Source: a virus
Direction: 5' to 3' (one strand)
Virus record (IMG/VR): IMGVR_UViG_3300035180_002574
Coordinates: 117,178-181,177 of that record
DNA length: 64,000 nucleotides
This document shows, in pieces, positions 59,168-64,000 of this stretch. The number at the start of each line of letters is the position of its first letter. Position 1 is the stretch's first letter. The notes under the pieces were generated by a model. It saw only the letters and a program-made list of their open reading frames with translations. It ran no database searches and had not been told where the DNA came from. The translations under genes were made by a program, and so were the position numbers.

Positions 59168-60010
59168 TTAATACGACATATTATCGTAAATAGTGGTTCC
59201 TGATTCGGATTTTCCATATGGATTATCCGTTACTCTATCTAATCCATCTTCTCTAGCATCCATGCCTTCAAGACCATCAGGAAGTCCGTAAAAAGGCTCT
59301 TCTCCATAATTTAGATATTTTTCCAATAAAGACTGTAAGTAATCATGCATATCTTCTTTATTTTCAAAAGAATAATCTCTGCCATAATTTAACTCGGAAG
59401 GTAATTTACCTTCCTCATCTGGTCCAGGAAGATATTCATCTAAATTGCCGCCAATCTGAGCAGCTCCAGATACAGAAGAATCATCTTCTTTTATCATACC
59501 AGAATTTATCTGGTCATCAATTGGGAAATCTATATTATTTACATCTGAACAATTATAGCACGAATCAACTTCAATGGTTTTCTTTGGACCGGGGCATCTG
59601 CATGTTGTTATTTTTCCGCAGTTCTTACAATGTTTATTAAAATGTTCTCCAGCTGTTTTAACTAATCCAGTTAGTATTTCCATTCTTGCTTTAATTTTCT
59701 TTTGAGATTTGGTTAAAGAACCATCATCTTGAATCCAAGAATCATCTGCTTTATATTTATCCTTTAATTTTTTACGCCTATCTTTTAAGAAATCAGATAT
59801 GCTCTTATAATTTTGCATAGAATGCCAGCCCGCTCCTGGTCCATGTTTTGGATGGTCGGTTATACCTGGCGCATTATATAAGTCATAATTTCTATATAAA
59901 GGCTCTTCAAAACGAGGCTGTACTACAATAGCAGGCTCCGCTTTGTATTTTCTTTTTCCTGGAGTTGGCTCTTCTGTTCCTTGAAAATATCCTTTTTTAT
60001 TTGGCAACAT
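59168..60010 (-). CDS. Head protein with scaffold-like N-terminal peptide and Zn finger
   Basis: KKGYFQGTEEPTPGKRKY matches the scaffold repeat; LVKTAG followed by C..C....C.C...C..C. Confidence 0.6.
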   Translation of the reverse strand: MLPNKKGYFQGTEEPTPGKRKYKAEPAIVVQPRFEEPLYRNYDLYNAPGITDHPKHGPGAGWHSMQNYKSISDFLKDRRKKLKDKYKADDSWIQDDGSLTKSQKKIKARMEILTGLVKTAGEHFNKHCKNCGKITTCRCPGPKKTIEVDSCYNCSDVNNIDFPIDDQINSGMIKEDDSSVSGAAQIGGNLDEYLPGPDEEGKLPSELNYGRDYSFENKEDMHDYLQSLLEKYLNYGEEPFYGLPDGLEGMDAREDGLDRVTDNPYGKSESGTTIYDNMSY

Positions 60011-60770
60011 TAATGTTCCCCTTTACATGTTTAGCATAATATGGTCTCATTGGCTCTGTAATTGGAACATAATTCCATAAACCCATTTGTGTTAATAAAT
60101 AACTTGCTTTATCAGCATCTTTTGCAAATGCTTCATTTAATTTTTCCGCAAGTGACTTCTCAGAAGATATTTTGATAGAGTCAGGATTTTTTTTAACAAA
60201 TTCAATGATGGGTTTATCAACATCAAAATCTAACTTAGCTGCGAGATAAATTGCTCTCACCACTCTATTTTTATTTGATGTCAATGTTATTTCTGGAGCT
60301 AAACAAGTTTTTATTTTCTTTTCTTTTAGATCAGCAAATGCTCTTCCTGTAGGATCATATACCGTTTTCAAATCAAAATCTAACAATAAAGCATTGCAAG
60401 TAAAATCTCTGCTGAATATTTCTTTTTTTATGTCCGATGGATTTTTAATGCCCATTTTTGCAAGAATTTGCTCTATGTTTGGTACAATAAAATTGGATGA
60501 AAAATCCAACTTAAATTGACCTATATAAATAGAGCTATGACCGTCTGACATTGTTTTTCTAACTATATTATATTCCCTTTTGAATTTTTCAGCAAATTCT
60601 TGTGAAAGATAATCTATAGTATTATCACCGGTGGTGATGTCCAAATCTGATAGATCTTTTAATCTATCCAAATACCTATCTCTGGGCGTACCTCCGCAAA
60701 TATACGGCTTAGAAGAGCCAATACTTTGTTGAACTTCCAATATTTGTTGCAGCAATTCGCGAAGTTTCAT
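59997..60770 (-). CDS. Divergent, truncated class II (CCA/poly(A) polymerase-like) nucleotidyltransferase
   Basis: GGTPRD..DLD catalytic motif, SRDFTCNA (RRD variant), SNKNR in place of EDxxR; 257 aa, no body/tail domains. Confidence 0.82.
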   Translation of the reverse strand: MKLRELLQQILEVQQSIGSSKPYICGGTPRDRYLDRLKDLSDLDITTGDNTIDYLSQEFAEKFKREYNIVRKTMSDGHSSIYIGQFKLDFSSNFIVPNIEQILAKMGIKNPSDIKKEIFSRDFTCNALLLDFDLKTVYDPTGRAFADLKEKKIKTCLAPEITLTSNKNRVVRAIYLAAKLDFDVDKPIIEFVKKNPDSIKISSEKSLAEKLNEAFAKDADKASYLLTQMGLWNYVPITEPMRPYYAKHVKGNINVAK

Positions 60771-60777
60771 TTATCCC

Positions 60778-62625
60778 TTAAACTGCTGGTTTTGGAGGAG
60801 GCGGTGCAGGAGGTGCAGGAGGTGACGGAGCTTCTGGAGCTAAATCTTCGGCAACCTCTATTTCTGGAGTTTCCTTTGACTTCTGTTCTAGCTCTTCATT
60901 CTCCTGTTGCTTTCTCATTTCTTTTCGAACCTTTTCTTTATCAGCATCCTGCTGAAGTTTGTTCTTAACGGCATCCACTTCTGGATTTTGTTCAACTTCA
61001 TTTCCCTTCAAATCAATATCATGAGTGGTCATGGCTCCACGAAGTTTAGAAATGATATCTTCAATACGAGTAGAAATATAGTTGTTAGACTCTAACGCCT
61101 TATTAGTGGCTTCTGATAAAGATGGAAAGAAAGAAGCTAATCCAAGACTATCTAACATCATATCAACAATAGCTAATTGTCTTGGTATTTCTCTTGTTTT
61201 GAAAACCTTGGCTAAATCTTCTAGTTTAATAACAACATCATCTACGGTAATATTAGCGAAAACAACATCTATTTTTGAATCGAAAGATTCTGGAGATTTT
61301 GTTGTAGGCTGATTTGGAGATGGAGATTTATTTTCTGTAACCTCAATTGGAGCTTCTTCTGGAACTTTTGATGGCGATGTAGCTTCTGGAGGTGGCGTCA
61401 TTTCTGTTGGAGGTGGTGGCGCCTCTGGCGCTAACTGAGCTTCAACAACAATATCTCCCGGATCTTGGACCTCTAAAATATCATCTACTGATCCTTTATC
61501 AGCCGATAATCCTTTATTAAGATTTTTCATGAATTGATTGATACCAACAGAAGTTGTTTTTGTTGGGGTGGGAGGATTATTTGGAGCACTATCCGGAGGA
61601 TTTTGAGGCATTCCTGGTCCAGTTGATGGTAATCCACCAACAGACCCACTTCCTTGCATTGGTGGGGCAGGGGAGGCGGGAGGAGGCATTTTATTGCTTT
61701 GTGGAGACTTTTTTGGATCTTGTGGCTTGTTAGGAACAGGTTGCGCTGGCTCGGGGGCGGATTGTAATTTTGTATCTTCCTCCGCAATTGAATGTAAAGC
61801 TTGCGCAGCTTTGTAAAAACCATTTTTTGACAAAATGTTTGCTTGTCTCACAATTAAATCTTCGTAAGAACGAGTAGATAAACTTTTCTTATTAATCAAT
61901 TGAATTCTTTTCTTTAAATCATAGATTGCGTCTAATAATGATTCAAGCTCTTTCCCAGAAAACAATTGACCATCATCTGATCTTAATAATTTTTCAGCAG
62001 AATCAAGCCTGCCAATTATTTTATTTCTTTGTTTTTCGATGAGTTCTTTTCTGGAAGAATCTCCATCTACTGGTAGATCTTTACTAAAATCTATGTCTGT
62101 TGTGGGGTTTGATTCTTCGCGATTTCTTCCAATAGGAAGCATATATCCCCTATCAGCATCGCCATAGAAGAACTGAGCAAACTTATATTTCAAATGAACC
62201 CCTTCCTGGTAGTATCTTACCCAATTCATAAAATCAAAGATTTCCATCTCGCGCCATCCTCTTGTGGCTTGAGCGATAGCTACTTTTCTATCCACTCCTT
62301 GATGTTCGCTGGCAAGAATATCTCTAATTGCTGTTAGCCATTTTTCAATATTATGCTGACCCGGAATGTGCATGTATTGACTATCATTATTTGGATAGGC
62401 AGTTACATCATCTAAAGCGGTCTCCATATCCACCGGAGAACCCTCTCTAGTTTTAATTTTTTCTAACCACTTCAACATATTTTTTATTTGAGGGCTATCT
62501 AGTAAAACAGCCAGCTCTTCCTCACTATATGGTTTGATATAGTCTGGAATTTTAACTTTTTCTAATGATTCTACGTTTACCGGATCGGTAATATGAGATA
62601 TTTTGGTGCGCTCTTTGTTACTCAT
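60778..62625 (-). CDS. Large putative head protein with Pro-rich linkers
   Basis: 615 aa; KYKFAQ motif; poly-Pro segments. Confidence 0.6.
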   Translation of the reverse strand: MSNKERTKISHITDPVNVESLEKVKIPDYIKPYSEEELAVLLDSPQIKNMLKWLEKIKTREGSPVDMETALDDVTAYPNNDSQYMHIPGQHNIEKWLTAIRDILASEHQGVDRKVAIAQATRGWREMEIFDFMNWVRYYQEGVHLKYKFAQFFYGDADRGYMLPIGRNREESNPTTDIDFSKDLPVDGDSSRKELIEKQRNKIIGRLDSAEKLLRSDDGQLFSGKELESLLDAIYDLKKRIQLINKKSLSTRSYEDLIVRQANILSKNGFYKAAQALHSIAEEDTKLQSAPEPAQPVPNKPQDPKKSPQSNKMPPPASPAPPMQGSGSVGGLPSTGPGMPQNPPDSAPNNPPTPTKTTSVGINQFMKNLNKGLSADKGSVDDILEVQDPGDIVVEAQLAPEAPPPPTEMTPPPEATSPSKVPEEAPIEVTENKSPSPNQPTTKSPESFDSKIDVVFANITVDDVVIKLEDLAKVFKTREIPRQLAIVDMMLDSLGLASFFPSLSEATNKALESNNYISTRIEDIISKLRGAMTTHDIDLKGNEVEQNPEVDAVKNKLQQDADKEKVRKEMRKQQENEELEQKSKETPEIEVAEDLAPEAPSPPAPPAPPPPKPAV

Positions 62626-62630
62626 GGTTA

Positions 62631-63389
62631 TTACTCGTTTATCTTCTTATTAATAGTTTCACTGAGAATTTTAGCATCAGCCAAACGATCCTCATAAGAT
62701 TGACTATCTGGAGATGGCATTTTTAATCTGCTAATTCTTTCATTAACTTTTTCCATAAAATGCAAAGATTTTTCGTTATCAAATTCTGCAATTACTTCTT
62801 TTAAAGCATTATGTAAAATTGAAACCTGCTGATCCACAATTTGAATGGCAACATTATGTTGAACTATTTGATCAGATTTTTCTTCAGTAAATTTATAATA
62901 CCTATCAAGTAATGTGCCAAGAAGCTCACCATACTCTTTTAACATACGATCAACGCGGGTATTGATATTTCTAGGATCAGATTGAATTTCATCGAATACT
63001 TGTGCAAATCTAATCTCGATTGCTGCACATAATCTAGATACCATCTGACGTACATCTAAATTTTCACTTGCTATTTCAATCATCTTACTATTATATGTAG
63101 GATTGCTTTGAACAGCTAACTCAAGCTGATCTTCAATCGATCCCGTCTTAGTTAATGCGGCTTTAGTTTTGGAAATGTCTTCCAGCATATAATTATACAT
63201 ATCAAGATAGTTGTCTTGAAATGACTTAATAGATTTTTCAGAGATAACGAATTTTGATTCACTTACATTTGTATATTTAAGGGCAAGCCAATCGTGAATG
63301 TCTTTGGTAGGCGTACCAATGACCAATTTAGATATAATTTCATCCTTGTCGGGATGTTCCAATATTTTTTTGAATGACGTTTTGTTCAT
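62631..63389 (-). CDS. Possible terminase small subunit
   Basis: N-terminal HTH-like segment then coiled coil; upstream of TerL; no diagnostic motif. Confidence 0.3.
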   Translation of the reverse strand: MNKTSFKKILEHPDKDEIISKLVIGTPTKDIHDWLALKYTNVSESKFVISEKSIKSFQDNYLDMYNYMLEDISKTKAALTKTGSIEDQLELAVQSNPTYNSKMIEIASENLDVRQMVSRLCAAIEIRFAQVFDEIQSDPRNINTRVDRMLKEYGELLGTLLDRYYKFTEEKSDQIVQHNVAIQIVDQQVSILHNALKEVIAEFDNEKSLHFMEKVNERISRLKMPSPDSQSYEDRLADAKILSETINKKINE

Positions 63390-63412
63390 AAACACCCACA
63401 TAGATGCAAAAA

Positions 63413-63439
63413 AATTGGCTTGCTAATAGCAAGCCAATT
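63413..63439 (-). terminator. 12-bp hairpin, probable terminator
   Basis: AATTGGCTTGCT-aat-AGCAAGCCAATT followed by a T tract on the minus strand. Confidence 0.7.
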
Positions 63440-63460
63440 AAGATTATATCAGAATTTTGA

Positions 63461-64000
63461 TTAATTTGAACCTAATCTACCTTCTCTAGTGTCAAATATG
63501 GCTTGTTCTTGAATTCCTAATCCTTTTGTCTGTTCTGAAACATCGCCTCCAGGAACTTTACTACCATTAATTAAATCGAATCCAGTATCGAAATTATATG
63601 TTTTCTTATCTAATTCACACTGCCAGACATGCTCACCAATACGGTAAATTTGTGTACCAGGATGATCTGGGCAATATCTTGTGCTCAATGGAGCCTCAAG
63701 TATTCTATATTCTTTTGTCATATCACTTTTATCAATTGCTTTTTTAGTATCAGCTATTTTGTTAGTGTCTTCTAAATTTTTACGAGGAGTTTCGTACTTC
63801 CTTTTTATTTCGTCTATTTTTTTCTCATCGGCAGCTTTTTTATTAGCTAATGTTTCTGGATTTGCTGCAATTGTTAATAATAATTCGTCAATAACTGATG
63901 CTTGTTTTTTGAGATTAGGGTCGTCTGACGAATCAAGCGCACTGGCTAAATTAGCCAATTCTTCTAATGATTCTGGCGTAATGTGAGACTCTTCTGGTGG
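63461..64000 (-). CDS. Hypothetical head protein (5' end outside window) with C/H Zn-binding motif
   Basis: Frame open to 64000 (PPEESHITPESLEELANLASALD...); YCPDH...WQC. Confidence 0.7.
   Translation of the reverse strand, partial: PPEESHITPESLEELANLASALDSSDDPNLKKQASVIDELLLTIAANPETLANKKAADEKKIDEIKRKYETPRKNLEDTNKIADTKKAIDKSDMTKEYRILEAPLSTRYCPDHPGTQIYRIGEHVWQCELDKKTYNFDTGFDLINGSKVPGGDVSEQTKGLGIQEQAIFDTREGRLGSN

Noticed and set aside
3928-63986. Many short plus-strand ORFs (e.g. 7250..7723, 22229..22576, 35073..35531)
   Set aside because: Antisense to long minus-strand genes, no SD or motifs; typical shadow ORFs.
1-64000. No TAG stop among the gene ends checked (possible TAG reassignment)
   Set aside because: Genes are not fragmented by in-frame TAG, so this is AT-driven avoidance, not evidence of recoding.

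Overview
A 64 kb, AT-rich segment of a large tailed bacteriophage (HK97-fold, standard genetic code), almost entirely encoded on the minus strand and covering the virion-morphogenesis region. From the right end leftwards: head/packaging cluster (possible TerS, many hypothetical head proteins, a divergent class II nucleotidyltransferase, TerL with a class-3-type intein, portal, lytic transglycosylase, cysteine phosphatase, protease-scaffold fusion, decoration-like paralogues, major capsid protein); a convergent plus-strand CCA-adding enzyme and a decayed collagen-like gene; then fibre/adhesin-like genes, patatin, HNH endonucleases, a cold-shock protein, neck proteins, a holin-like gene and a >1880-aa beta-helix protein that runs off the left edge and is missing from the ORF track. 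No tRNA, rRNA or CRISPR array was seen. Most striking: two module-specific peptide motifs (D-G-Y in neck/fibre proteins; hydrophobic-x-K-x-A in head proteins, a candidate protease cleavage code), a head-cluster nucleotidyltransferase with an altered base-templating motif, a structured leader with a uORF before the capsid gene, and an HNH-into-HNH insertion. All product calls come from motif recognition by eye; no searches were run.
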